A DNA stretch of 64,000 nucleotides from contig NC_043022.1 of the NCBI RefSeq assembly GCF_006345805.1, positions 5,456,001-5,520,000 on the forward strand, given 5' to 3'. The position numbers and the translations under genes were made by a program. How positions within the stretch are numbered: the first letter of the stretch is position 1; each line of letters opens with the position of its first letter. Below are positions 63,365-64,000 of this stretch, one piece after another. The notes beneath the pieces are model-generated. The model saw only the letters and a program-made list of their open reading frames with translations. It ran no database searches and was not told where the DNA came from. Source of the stretch: Octopus sinensis. Lineage: Eukaryota.

Positions 63365-63710
63365 AAAATGCCAGACGCAGCACCGAAGATTTTCAAAACC
63401 ATTTTTTTCACACCCAGAATTGTTGAATCACAGACTAAATTATCCACATCAGTCATTAGCTGTCGAGACACTTTATCCTTCCAAAATTCTCAGCTTCTTC
63501 AAATGTACCGCCCCTCCCCACCCCGGCCATGTGCCTTGCACTCTTTTCTCTGCGGTTTTGCTCTTGTTATCCTCTGTTCCACGATTGCCATTCTAGCTTT
63601 CATTGCTCTGCTTTCTCTCCCCTCTTCTACTCTTTTCTGTTGAGTTACTGTACTGCACCTGAGCTCCACACACAGCCAACTCCCCCTCCTCCTCCTCATC
63701 ATCATCATCA
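63365..63710 (+). mobile_element. Decayed CR1-like LINE 3' end
   Basis: FFTPRIVESQTKLSTSVISCRDTLSFQ parallels KLPASVVDCHDTASFK at 26779; TGCACCTGAGC motif near the end. Confidence 0.55.
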
Positions 63711-63711
63711 C

Positions 63712-63954
63712 ATAATAATAATAATATAATAATAATAATAATAATAATAAAATAATAATAATAATAATAAAATATAATAATATAATAATATAATAAATAA
63801 TAATGATATGATAATAATGATAATAATAATAATAATAATGATAATAATAATAATAATAATATAAAATAATAATAATGATAATAATATAATAATGATAATA
63901 ATGATAATAATAATAATAATAATAATGATAATAATAATAATAATGATAATAATG

Positions 63955-63988
<34 letters not shown>

Positions 63989-64000
63989 TGATAATGATAA
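63712..64000. repeat. (AAT)n/(GAT)n microsatellite
   Basis: Directly visible. Confidence 0.97.

Overview
AT-rich, very repeat-dense eukaryotic DNA. The SINE, RTE and microsatellite content looks like a coleoid cephalopod, probably Octopus (inferred from recognising the repeats, not from a database search). Most of the window looks like intron of a minus-strand gene. One well-supported coding exon (27140-27422) encodes the first zinc finger of a LIM domain, and a second candidate first coding exon lies at 5108-5190. The rest is dozens of tRNA-derived SINEs from about 4 families, 5'-truncated LINE ends (RTE, CR1-like, R4/Dong-like), mariner remnants, piggyBac-, hAT-, Tourist- and Tc1-like MITEs, two Helitron-like elements, minisatellites and long simple repeats. 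Nearly all entries in the ORF track are artefacts of microsatellites or SINEs. The most notable signal is a dispersed set of about 10 short, mostly (TA)n- or SINE-associated elements carrying type I hammerhead-ribozyme motifs with palindromic helix III, as expected for Penelope-like pLTR derivatives. They include head-to-head foldback pairs, a U3-A8 core variant with a compensated stem II, and a tandem partial duplication that could assemble an active ribozyme in cis. All ribozyme calls are folded by eye and untested.
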